Shown in pieces: positions 27,444 through 36,121 of a DNA stretch of 64,000 nt. A program made the position numbers and the translations under genes. This stretch comes from a bacterium (GTDB lineage Bacteria; Margulisbacteria; Marinamargulisbacteria; JABIPA01): contig JABIQV010000137.1 of NCBI GenBank assembly GCA_018699495.1, forward strand, positions 6,880-70,879. Reading direction: 5' to 3'. Numbering within the stretch: the stretch's first letter is position 1; each line of letters begins with the position of its first letter. Under the pieces are notes generated by a model, which did not search any database, was not told the DNA's origin, and saw only the letters and a list, made by a program, of their open reading frames with translations.

Positions 27444-28869
27444 AATTTATGATTTGGTCATTATCGGAGCAGGTAGTGGCGGTTTGGTTGTGGCTTCGGG
27501 AGCAGCTGGGTTGGGAGCGTCAGTCGCTTTGATAGAAAAGCATAAAATGGGTGGAGATTGCTTGAACTATGGGTGTGTTCCTAGTAAAGCTTTTTTAAAA
27601 CCTGCTCACTTAGCCAAAGACATAAACAACGCATCAGAACTGGGACTATCTGTAGGCAATGTCACGGTAGATGTTAAAGAGATAATGAATTATGTGAGGT
27701 CTGTGATAAAAGAAATTGAGCCACATGACTCTAAGGAACGGTATGAAGGGTTAGGGGTCGATGTAGTTGAAGGGGCGGCTACTCTGAAGAACAGATATTC
27801 TGTATCTGTTATGGATGCGGATAAAAATGAAACCATAATTAAAGGAAAAAAAATTGTCATTGCTACTGGGGCAGAGTCTGCGGTTCCTCCTATACCAGGG
27901 TTAAAGGATATTAATTTTCTAACAAATAAATCTATTTTTAAGTTAGAAAAGCTTCCAGAGCATTTAATTATTTTAGGAGGGGGACCGATTGGGCTTGAGT
28001 TGGGACAGGGTTTTGCTCATTTGGGTTCTAAGGTAACTGTAATTGATATGCTTCCGAGTCTTTTTCCAAATGACGATCCAGAAGTAGGTCCATTGATGGA
28101 GAAGGTGTTGAACGAAGATGGGCTGTCGTTAAAATTATCTGCAGGTATTAAACGTTTGAGTGAAAAAGATGGTCAAAAGAGTGTATTTATAGAAAATAGT
28201 TTAGGTGTTGCAGAAGAAATTATTGGGGACCATGTGCTTGTTTCTCTTGGACGACGGCCAAATTCAAAGGGGTTGAACTTGGAATCAGTTGGTGTTGCGG
28301 TCACCAAACGAGGGTTCGTAAAATGTAATAAATCCATGCAAACGTCCATACCAAATATTTATGCTTGTGGAGATGTCGTAGGTCCTTACCAATTTACTCA
28401 CATGGCTGGATATCAAGCCGGTATTATATTGAGACATAGTATTTTTAAGTTGCAAGCAAAGGTCAATTATAGAACGGTTCCTTGGGTTACATATACTCGG
28501 CCTGAAGTCGCTCATGTTGGGTTAACGGAACAAATGGCCAAAAATGAGGGCATTTTTAAAAAAATAGAAAAAGTTGATTTGACGTCTATCGATCGTGCTA
28601 AAGCAGATCATGATAGAGAGGGGTTTCTTAAGTTTATTATTGGAAAACGTAACAGATTGTTGGGTGTGACAATTGTCGGGCAAAAGGCTGGAGAAATGAT
28701 TGGGATCGGGGCGCTTGCTGTTCAAAAAAAGTTAAAAGCGTCTGAATTTTTATCGATGATTTTTCCATATCCAACGCAAAGTGAAATTTATAAATTTACA
28801 TCCTTAAATCTCGCTAAGAAAGGGTTTAAACCTTGGATGAAAATCTTGGTCAAAAAGATATTTCTTTAA
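27439..28869 (+). CDS. class I pyridine nucleotide-disulfide oxidoreductase, MerA-core/Lpd-like, lacking the C-terminal Cys pair
   Basis: FAD GxGxxG (IIGAGSGG), redox-active disulfide GGDCLNYGCVPSK, NAD site LGGGPIGLELG. C-terminal FPYPTQSE has Tyr in place of the Lpd/GR His (HPTxSE), as in the MerA core (FPYLTMVE). ATG overlaps the glpD stop (ATGA). Confidence 0.75.
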   Translation, partial: NKIYDLVIIGAGSGGLVVASGAAGLGASVALIEKHKMGGDCLNYGCVPSKAFLKPAHLAKDINNASELGLSVGNVTVDVKEIMNYVRSVIKEIEPHDSKERYEGLGVDVVEGAATLKNRYSVSVMDADKNETIIKGKKIVIATGAESAVPPIPGLKDINFLTNKSIFKLEKLPEHLIILGGGPIGLELGQGFAHLGSKVTVIDMLPSLFPNDDPEVGPLMEKVLNEDGLSLKLSAGIKRLSEKDGQKSVFIENSLGVAEEIIGDHVLVSLGRRPNSKGLNLESVGVAVTKRGFVKCNKSMQTSIPNIYACGDVVGPYQFTHMAGYQAGIILRHSIFKLQAKVNYRTVPWVTYTRPEVAHVGLTEQMAKNEGIFKKIEKVDLTSIDRAKADHDREGFLKFIIGKRNRLLGVTIVGQKAGEMIGIGALAVQKKLKASEFLSMIFPYPTQSEIYKFTSLNLAKKGFKPWMKILVKKIFL

Positions 28870-29207
28870 ATTTAAAGAAACGGATAAGTTGATAGAGTAT
28901 TTTAATGCCTTAAAAATCTAGAACAGTTCCTTAATCGTGAACGAAAATATAGAGGGTCCTCTTGTGAATACATGTAGATGTAGTCTTTTAATTCTATCCG
29001 TATTTTCGTGACGATTTAATTTTTTAAGTAATTTTCCGGATTAAATAAAAACTTTTTGAAATTTTTTTTTTTTTGTTTCGATAACTAGGTATAACCTTTA
29101 ATTAATTAATACAAAAATGTAGTATGTGTCGAATACAATCGGTTACGTATATTAATTCAGGAGACAAGTTATACAAAAATGTATATTTGTATAAAAGGGG
29201 GGCTTAA

Positions 29208-29546
29208 ATGGGAGTATATTCGAAAATGAACAACGATATCCAGCCTAATCAGGCTAAAGAAATTAAAAAAGAAGATAAGAAAAAAGTTATTAATGTGAAA
29301 GTCTATGAATATGGTCATGTGAGAGTTCACAATATTGATATGCATTCTGGAAGAGATCGGCAAAAACTTAGTTATATTCTTACATACGAGAAACATAAAT
29401 TGAGAGCTAAAGATAGAGAATTATACGAGACTTTGTTGATGAAACATAAAAAAGGAAACAAACCTCATGATTTACGGTTTTCACCACTTCATGGAATGCC
29501 TAATCGAGAGATGCATCAGTATTCCGATAAACGTTTTACTTCTTAA
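29208..29546 (+). CDS. hypothetical small basic protein (Lys/His/Arg-rich)
   Basis: 112 aa. Strong RBS aaaggggggctt, 7 nt before the ATG. Followed by a strong terminator. No recognisable family. Confidence 0.35.
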   Translation: MGVYSKMNNDIQPNQAKEIKKEDKKKVINVKVYEYGHVRVHNIDMHSGRDRQKLSYILTYEKHKLRAKDRELYETLLMKHKKGNKPHDLRFSPLHGMPNREMHQYSDKRFTS

Positions 29547-29559
29547 CTATTAAAATAAT

Positions 29560-29594
29560 AAAGGTGAATTTTTGATAAGTAAAAATTCACCTTT
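29560..29594. terminator. bidirectional intrinsic terminator (14-bp A/T-flanked stem, 7-nt loop)
   Basis: aaaggtgaattttt-gataagt-aaaaattcaccttt is a perfect inverted repeat between convergent genes, with T-runs on both strands. Confidence 0.6.
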
Positions 29595-29628
29595 ATAGTT
29601 TTGACAGAATTAATGTGAAGTTACCACG

Positions 29629-30000
29629 TTACTTGGACGTGCTTGTTACAGTGAACCCTGCCTTATCGATTTCAGATTTGATGGTGGATATAGTTAATTT
29701 AGATGAATCATAGGTGCATATTGTTTTCCCGGTTTCGATGTTTATATCACACGAAATAAATCCATCTAGTTTTTTTAAATTTGTTTTAATGGAATGTGAG
29801 CAGCTTCCGCATGAAATTCCTGTCACTAAAAGAGTGTCTTCTTTTATGGTATTTTTTTCATTGGATTGAACTTCTTGGGTTTCTAAATTTGAGTTCTGTA
29901 AAGTTTGTGAGTCGGGCGCTAGTTTTTCACCCATTGATAAAAGATTTGATGTTAAACATAAGATGACGAATATCTGAGCAAAGATTAATTTATTTTTCAT
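29629..30000 (-). CDS. secreted heavy-metal-associated (HMA) domain protein, MerP/CopZ-like
   Basis: N-terminal signal peptide (MKNKLIFAQIFVILCLTSNLLS). HMA motif GISCGSCSHSIKTNL (GxxCxxC) in a ferredoxin-like fold (DKAGFTV). Confidence 0.65.
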   Translation of the reverse strand: MKNKLIFAQIFVILCLTSNLLSMGEKLAPDSQTLQNSNLETQEVQSNEKNTIKEDTLLVTGISCGSCSHSIKTNLKKLDGFISCDINIETGKTICTYDSSKLTISTIKSEIDKAGFTVTSTSK

Positions 30001-30131
30001 TTTTTTTTCTCCATTGGTATAGATAATTTTTCACAGTTTAAACTAAAATTTGATATTTAGGTAATTCAGTAATTTTTTTTGTATAATTTTGATAGAATAC
30101 ATACAATAAAATAGATTCTTTAGGAGACCTT

Positions 30132-31253
30132 ATGACTACTCAACCAAAATCGATTCCAATGCTTGATTTACAAGCTCAGTATGAACCAATTAAAAACGAT
30201 GTATTAAATGCAATAACTAGTGTTTTTGAATCCAAACACTTTATTTTAGGACCTCAGGGAAAACTATTTGAGGCAAGTTTAGCTGACTATTGTGGGAGTG
30301 ACTACGGAGTTGGTGTTTCCTCTGGTACCGATGCCTTGATAATTGCATTGATGGCATTGGATATTAAACCAGGGGACGAAATAATCACCTCATCTATGAC
30401 CTTTTTTGCGACCGCAGGAAGTATAGCAAGAACGGGGGCTGTGCCAGTTTTTGTTGATATTGATCCTGATACCTATAATATAGATCCAAAGAAAATTGAA
30501 GAAAAAATAACGACTAAGACTAAGGCAATTATGCCCGTTCATTTATATGGACAAATGGCAGACATGGAATCCATTATGGGAATTGCTAAAAGACACAATT
30601 TACATGTTATTGAAGACGCGGCACAGGCCATAGGGGCGTCAGTTACTTGGTCAGATGGGTCTGTAAGGAAAGCCGGAACAATTGGTGATATCGGATGCTT
30701 TTCATTTTTTCCAGGGAAAAATTTGGGATGCTGTGGAGACGGTGGTGGTGTTGTTACGAATGACAAGAGTCTTTATGAAACGCTGATTCATCTTCGAAAC
30801 CATGGCGCACATCCAAAATATTATCATCAGATTATTGGTGGAAATTTCAGATTAGATGAACTTCAAGCGGCTGTTTTAAATGTTAAGTTACCGTATTTAG
30901 AAGATCAGCATAATGGCAGACAAAGAAATGCATCTTTTTATAATTCCAAATTGGAAGGGTCTCAATTTAAAACGCCGGTTGTTACATCAGGGAATCGCAT
31001 GATTTTTAATCAATATACACTAAGGTGTAAAAATAGGGACGTTGTTTTGGAAAAATTGAAAGAAAAACGTATCGCACACGCCGTATATTATCCTGTTCCA
31101 CTTCATTTGCAAGATTGTTTTAAGGAACTTGGATATAAAGAAGGAGATTTGCCTGAAACGGAACAAGCTGCTAAAGAGGTCTTTTCTATTCCAGTATTCA
31201 CAGAGTTATCTGACGAGGATAAAGAGTGGATAGTAGAGATTTTGTTAAATTAG
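30132..31253 (+). CDS. DegT/DnrJ/EryC1/StrS-family PLP-dependent sugar aminotransferase
   Basis: GPQGKLFEASLADYCG..., SFFPGKNLGCCGDGG, RNHG. The PLP-Lys region is typical of this family. 373 aa. Confidence 0.85.
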   Translation: MTTQPKSIPMLDLQAQYEPIKNDVLNAITSVFESKHFILGPQGKLFEASLADYCGSDYGVGVSSGTDALIIALMALDIKPGDEIITSSMTFFATAGSIARTGAVPVFVDIDPDTYNIDPKKIEEKITTKTKAIMPVHLYGQMADMESIMGIAKRHNLHVIEDAAQAIGASVTWSDGSVRKAGTIGDIGCFSFFPGKNLGCCGDGGGVVTNDKSLYETLIHLRNHGAHPKYYHQIIGGNFRLDELQAAVLNVKLPYLEDQHNGRQRNASFYNSKLEGSQFKTPVVTSGNRMIFNQYTLRCKNRDVVLEKLKEKRIAHAVYYPVPLHLQDCFKELGYKEGDLPETEQAAKEVFSIPVFTELSDEDKEWIVEILLN

Positions 31254-31405
31254 GAGTTTATTTTTTCTACGGCCGAGTTTGAGGCGTATGCTATTCACAA
31301 AATATGACGATCTGATCGAATAATAAGATAAACCTATTGAATCTGTGTGGGAGCTTTTTTTGCAGGGTCCAAATGGGCTATGATTAGTTTAGACCTTGCT
31401 GAAAT

Positions 31406-32539
31406 CTAGGAATCAATCGCTAAACGCTCATTGGATTTTTTCAAGTCACTATATGAAGTGTGGAATAGGGTTAAAAACCTATTTTTCTCTTTGACTGTTT
31501 CTGAGAATGCGATATTTTCAATATGTAATAGTAAAGAAGGCGATTCAAATAAAGATAGGTTAGAAAACGTATTTTCTTTAAAGGCGGTTTCTAATATATA
31601 TGAATCTAATTCAAAAGGTGGGGTAACTTCAGCCGTCGGGCTTGGATATACAGTTTCAATTATATCGAAGGCCGATGTATCACTGTCATCACTTGGGTTT
31701 ATAGATGCTTTAGTATTGGTTGTCGACATAGTCATCATATCTTCTGAAGATTCGATGAGTGATGCGACAGTAAAAGAAGCAGCTATTGCTTCTGTTTCAT
31801 AATCTAATTCTCCTGCCGATTTTTCTTCAATTATTTCATAGGGAACGTGCAGTAATCGTATGTGTTTTTCAAAGATTTCTGCAGACTCATGACGGGTTAA
31901 TGAGTCTTCTTCAATAGCCTTGTAAGTTAATAGGCGTTGGGAATCTTCCAGAGGTTTTTTATGTCTAGGAGAATTGGTTTTTGCTGTTAGTGTAGGTTCT
32001 ACAAACTCGTTTAGAGGGGGTGATGAATCGACTATTATTTTGGGAGAAGAGGAAGTCGAGTTCAGAAATGTAGTATTGATTTTACCAGATTTTCTGATAA
32101 ATGGGTCGTTGATAACTGACGAGAGAACATCTTTTTCTGAAGACAGTAAATCATCCGTTGAAAATTCAAATCCTTTGTTCTTTTTTTCTATATTAGATGA
32201 AGTGATTATTTTTGAAATAGGAGGTTTAGGTGACTTAGATATGTCATTTTTCGGGGCGCTGTCAAGAATAGGGGATGAAGAATTGACCTCTTTGTTCTTT
32301 TTGGTTGAATTAGATTTAGGAGCAACTTTAGAAATGAATCCGTTGAGACCAGGCGCATCACTAATTTCTTTATTGGCACTAGTTGTTGGAACCGTAACGG
32401 AAGAATGGTGGTCATATGACGTATTTATCGGAATAGACTTTTTAGGTTCAGTATAAGTACCCGTTTGTTTCGAAAGAGTCAGTAAACTCGATTCGATTTC
32501 TGGTAATACGAAGTATGATTTTTTAGTATTTAATGTCAT
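31406..32539 (-). CDS. Ser/Thr/Pro/Lys-rich low-complexity (intrinsically disordered) protein, unknown function
   Basis: 377 aa with compositional bias across most of its length and no catalytic motifs. The frame is long and unbroken, so it is probably real. Confidence 0.4.
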   Translation of the reverse strand: MTLNTKKSYFVLPEIESSLLTLSKQTGTYTEPKKSIPINTSYDHHSSVTVPTTSANKEISDAPGLNGFISKVAPKSNSTKKNKEVNSSSPILDSAPKNDISKSPKPPISKIITSSNIEKKNKGFEFSTDDLLSSEKDVLSSVINDPFIRKSGKINTTFLNSTSSSPKIIVDSSPPLNEFVEPTLTAKTNSPRHKKPLEDSQRLLTYKAIEEDSLTRHESAEIFEKHIRLLHVPYEIIEEKSAGELDYETEAIAASFTVASLIESSEDMMTMSTTNTKASINPSDDSDTSAFDIIETVYPSPTAEVTPPFELDSYILETAFKENTFSNLSLFESPSLLLHIENIAFSETVKEKNRFLTLFHTSYSDLKKSNERLAIDS

Positions 32540-32663
32540 TGTTTATTTGTAAAATCCTAATGAGGAGTATACCATTTATTTAAATTTAAATAACTAGGTA
32601 AGTCTACAATTTAGGTGCATGCTTATTTGGCATACGTGACTGCTTGGTGTAAGATTATTTTCT

Positions 32664-33260
32664 ATGGAAAAAAATGAATTACCAGCCTCGCCATTCGTTC
32701 TTTTTGAGGAATGGTTTAACGAAGCAAAAGCTAACCATTTGATAGGGATTCCGGAATCTTTCTGTCTATCAACTGTCAATAAAAACGGGTGTCCTGACAG
32801 TCGGATTGTACTTCTAAAGGGATGTCGAAGAAATGAATTTGTGTTTTTTACAAATTCGTTATCTACAAAAGGTCAGGATTTAAGACATAATCCAAATGTT
32901 GCAATGAATTTTTATTGGGAACCGCTTGGAAAACAAATTAGAATTCAAGGGATGGTGGAGAAAATAGATAATAATGAGTCTGACACCTACTTTGCGATGC
33001 GTCCTAGAGGAAGTCAAATTGGGGCGTGGGCATCTGAGCAAAGCCGTCCTATTCCTTCAAGAGCATATTTGGAAAAAAAAGAAGCTGATTTTACACTAAA
33101 GTTTGAAGGAGCCGAGGTTCCAAGGCCAGAACATTGGTTTGGGTATTCGGTCAAACCAAGTAAAATTGAGTTTTGGTTAAACAAAGATAATCGGTTACAC
33201 GATAGGTTTGTCTTTACCCCTCAAAATGAAGAGTGGATCCCGTCACGAGTCGCTCCTTAA
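32664..33260 (+). CDS. pdxH: pyridoxamine 5'-phosphate oxidase
   Basis: IRIQGMVEKIDNNESDTYFAMRPRGSQIGAWASEQSRPI and EFWLNKDNRLHDRFVF are PNPOx signatures. Confidence 0.85.
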   Translation: MEKNELPASPFVLFEEWFNEAKANHLIGIPESFCLSTVNKNGCPDSRIVLLKGCRRNEFVFFTNSLSTKGQDLRHNPNVAMNFYWEPLGKQIRIQGMVEKIDNNESDTYFAMRPRGSQIGAWASEQSRPIPSRAYLEKKEADFTLKFEGAEVPRPEHWFGYSVKPSKIEFWLNKDNRLHDRFVFTPQNEEWIPSRVAP

Positions 33261-33297
33261 TTTTTAGCTAACCCATGGTCAAGACACCCATATTCTC

Positions 33298-34287
33298 TTA
33301 CAGGTGATTATTTGTACTGGTAAATATTCCTCTAGCATTACCGGCCAAAAATCCTCGCATTGGGTGCCCATCGTCATAATTAAATCGTTCAATAAATTCT
33401 ATAAAAGAACCTGGCGTGTGTGTAGAAATAGAGTCTTTAAACGTGTGTAATAATGTGTCCGCGACAGTAGAGCTTTGCTTCAGTTTTTTTTCAGCAGACC
33501 CTTGAACTTCTTTTGTTCCGAACGAATTCAACGGAATATTATTGTTTTTTAACAGCACATGAAGATCCTCTAGGCTGGGGATAGAGTTTATATTGAGTTC
33601 ATTAACTAATACAGTAAAATGGTTCCAGTGAAATCCATTAATTAGGGTCCAAATCGTATAGTGAACAGCGTCATGTAGTGATTTTATGGATTGAGATTCA
33701 GCTTTTATGGTTTTAAATTCGGATGAAAGAATCGAAAATGGAGACGTTTTTAAGAGACTTGAAATTTGTTTTTCGTTTTTAGAAGAGTGTAATAAAGGTA
33801 GATCCGAATACAGTCTGTCATTAATCGCTAGAAGAGCTATCTCCCGCGATTTTTCAGGAAGGTGAGTCACATCTTGTTCGCTGATAAAAATTTTAGGCCA
33901 ATTAGTTTGTTGCGGCGGCTCATACCAGTGACAGTTTAAAAATAGGCTAGGAATAAAGATGTTTTCTTCTTTTTTATAACCATTTAAAAGAAAGAGCGGT
34001 TCGACACACGATTTTCCTGAATAGTCGTCGTTATTTGTAAGTGTGCGGATAGCAATGTGGTCGTTTATTATATGTCCTTGTTTCGTTTTTAAAAGATCGA
34101 TGACTTTTCTTGCCGTAGGTGTTCGTTCTAAAAAGGTTGAAATTTGTGAATTTCGAAATGATGAAAATACAGACACTTGATTCGCAGTTAGTCGAATGCC
34201 ATTTGAAACAAAAGGTGATTTCCTGCCCGTTATTAGAGATAGGTAATCGCTATTTTGTTCATGGGGTAGATTTTTTTTGAGTTTCAT
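33298..34287 (-). CDS. putative DUF1338 (HglS/YdcJ-like) VOC-fold metalloenzyme
   Basis: DHIAIRTL and HWNHFTVL resemble the two His-containing metal-binding motifs (HxAxR and HxNHxT) of the DUF1338 family. Assignment from memory, low confidence. Confidence 0.35.
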   Translation of the reverse strand: MKLKKNLPHEQNSDYLSLITGRKSPFVSNGIRLTANQVSVFSSFRNSQISTFLERTPTARKVIDLLKTKQGHIINDHIAIRTLTNNDDYSGKSCVEPLFLLNGYKKEENIFIPSLFLNCHWYEPPQQTNWPKIFISEQDVTHLPEKSREIALLAINDRLYSDLPLLHSSKNEKQISSLLKTSPFSILSSEFKTIKAESQSIKSLHDAVHYTIWTLINGFHWNHFTVLVNELNINSIPSLEDLHVLLKNNNIPLNSFGTKEVQGSAEKKLKQSSTVADTLLHTFKDSISTHTPGSFIEFIERFNYDDGHPMRGFLAGNARGIFTSTNNHL

Positions 34288-34639
34288 TAAGGATTCCTTT
34301 TCTTAATCATTATGATATAACTCGGCTTGTTCGGGTTCCGATACGTTCATTAACGTTACCTTCATATATTTTTGTTATCCTATTAATATTCCCGAAAGCG
34401 TTTTGGTTTAAACCTATCGAACTTCAATGCAGTCGTTTATGCAAAAAAGAGGGGGGTGATCCTACTCTTGTAAACGTGTCACCATAATCGTATGGGGAAG
34501 ATAAAACGTTTGTGTTTCGAAAACTATCCCAGAAAGGGAATCTCTTTTATTCGAGGAATATGTCAAATTTTGTTCAGAGACTTTTAATAGAAACTAGACC
34601 CAAGTCGATTAGGATGCGCTGTATATATAAAACGAGGGT

Positions 34640-35227
34640 CTAAGAATAATACGTTTCGGGAAATAGTCGTCGTTCGACAATTTCAATCATAATATGCAAT
34701 ATCATCATATGAATTTCTTGAATTCTATCAGAGGTTTCTCCAGGAACTATCCATTCAATATCAGCAACACCTTTTAACTTACCACCCGATTTACCTAGAA
34801 GAGCAATTGTTTTTAACCCTTTTTTTGATGCCGCTTCGAAGGCATTGATCACATTTTGAGAATTCCCTGATGTTGAGATCCCAAGAAAAATATCTTGTTC
34901 GAGGCCAAACGCCTCAACACCCCGAGAAAAGATATAATCAAAACCAAAGTCATTTCCTACGCACGTAATATGAGATGGGTCGGAAAGTGATAGTGCTGGT
35001 AAGGGACGGCGATTGCCACGGAATCTTCCGGTGAATTCTTCTGCAAAATGCATAGCGTCACAAGAGCTACCGCCGTTACCACATATTAGTGCTTTACCAC
35101 CGTTATTAAAGGAATTTGTAAGAAGATTAGCTGCGTGTTCAACTTTTTCAAAATTGGATGGGTCACTACAAAAAGCATCCAGTGATTTTTTTCCGTTTTC
35201 AAAGGCTTCAGTTATTTTGTTAATCAT
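34640..35227 (-). CDS. gmhA: D-sedoheptulose-7-phosphate isomerase (SIS domain)
   Basis: ALICGNGGSSCDAMHFAEEF and ISTSGNS are GmhA/DiaA SIS-domain signatures. 195 aa. Confidence 0.8.
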   Translation of the reverse strand: MINKITEAFENGKKSLDAFCSDPSNFEKVEHAANLLTNSFNNGGKALICGNGGSSCDAMHFAEEFTGRFRGNRRPLPALSLSDPSHITCVGNDFGFDYIFSRGVEAFGLEQDIFLGISTSGNSQNVINAFEAASKKGLKTIALLGKSGGKLKGVADIEWIVPGETSDRIQEIHMMILHIMIEIVERRLFPETYYS

Positions 35228-35265
35228 CGATTAGTCCCTTAAGCGAGTTTGTTCTCTGTAGTGAG

Positions 35266-35295
35266 CCGGGTCTATGACTTTTGAAATAGACCCGG
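35266..35295. terminator. hairpin (10-bp perfect stem ccgggtctat/atagacccgg) downstream of sdhB, a candidate operon terminator
   Basis: Seen directly. No strong U-tract follows, hence the modest confidence. Confidence 0.4.
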
Positions 35296-35365
35296 TATTA
35301 AGTAAATATGCCGTAGTTAACACTAGATTTATATCAGAACTCTATAAAAACCGTAGCAATTTAAA

Positions 35366-36121
35366 TTAACTGAAAATTCCAGCTTTCATAAAATCTTTAT
35401 TCATTGCAGCAATATTAGCGACACTTATTCCCTTAGGGCAGGCCGCTTCACATTCATATGCGTTAGAACAATTCCCGAAGCCTGATTTGTCCATGGCCAA
35501 TACCATGCTCTTCACACGAGATTTTCGCTCTGCCTGACCTTGAGGTAGTTTTGCAAGGTGATTTACCTTTGCTGCTACAAAAAGCATGGCTGACGCATTT
35601 GGACACGCTGCAACACAAGCAGAACATCCAATACATTGTGCGGAATTAAACGCATCATCTGCATCAGGTTTAGGAATAAGAATTGCGTTCGCATCTTGAC
35701 CGGACCCCGTTTTGGCAGAAATAAATCCCCCACTTTTGATAATATTATCAAAAGCAGATCTATCAACAACTAAGTCTTTAACAATAGGAAGTGATGTACT
35801 TCTAAATGGTTCAATAGTAATTGTTTCATTATTTTTGAATTCTCTCATATGAAGTTGGCAAAGAGTCGTGTTCTTTAATGGTCCATGAGGGCGCCCATTA
35901 ACCATCGCTCCACATGTTCCACAAATGCCTTCTCTACAATCATGATCAAACTCTATAGGGTCTTGACCTTTTTTTGTTAAATCTTCATTTAGAACATCAA
36001 TCATCTCTAAAAAAGAAGAGTTTACATCTACGTTTTTAACGTCATATGCTTCAAATTTACCAGCAGATTTTGGTGATTTTTGTCGCCATACATTTAGGGT
36101 TAAATTAATTTTATCGCTCAT
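35366..36121 (-). CDS. sdhB: succinate dehydrogenase / fumarate reductase iron-sulfur subunit
   Basis: 2Fe-2S ligands [10 protein letters not shown], 4Fe-4[13 protein letters not shown] and 3Fe-4[13 protein letters not shown] motifs. Confidence 0.9.
   Translation of the reverse strand: MSDKINLTLNVWRQKSPKSAGKFEAYDVKNVDVNSSFLEMIDVLNEDLTKKGQDPIEFDHDCREGICGTCGAMVNGRPHGPLKNTTLCQLHMREFKNNETITIEPFRSTSLPIVKDLVVDRSAFDNIIKSGGFISAKTGSGQDANAILIPKPDADDAFNSAQCIGCSACVAACPNASAMLFVAAKVNHLAKLPQGQAERKSRVKSMVLAMDKSGFGNCSNAYECEAACPKGISVANIAAMNKDFMKAGIFS

Noticed and set aside
27439-28869. Calling the flavin disulfide reductase a true mercuric reductase (merA)
   Set aside because: It lacks the C-terminal Cys-Cys pair and the NmerA HMA domain required for Hg(II) handling, and no merR/merT genes are nearby. 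Kept as MerA-core-like only.
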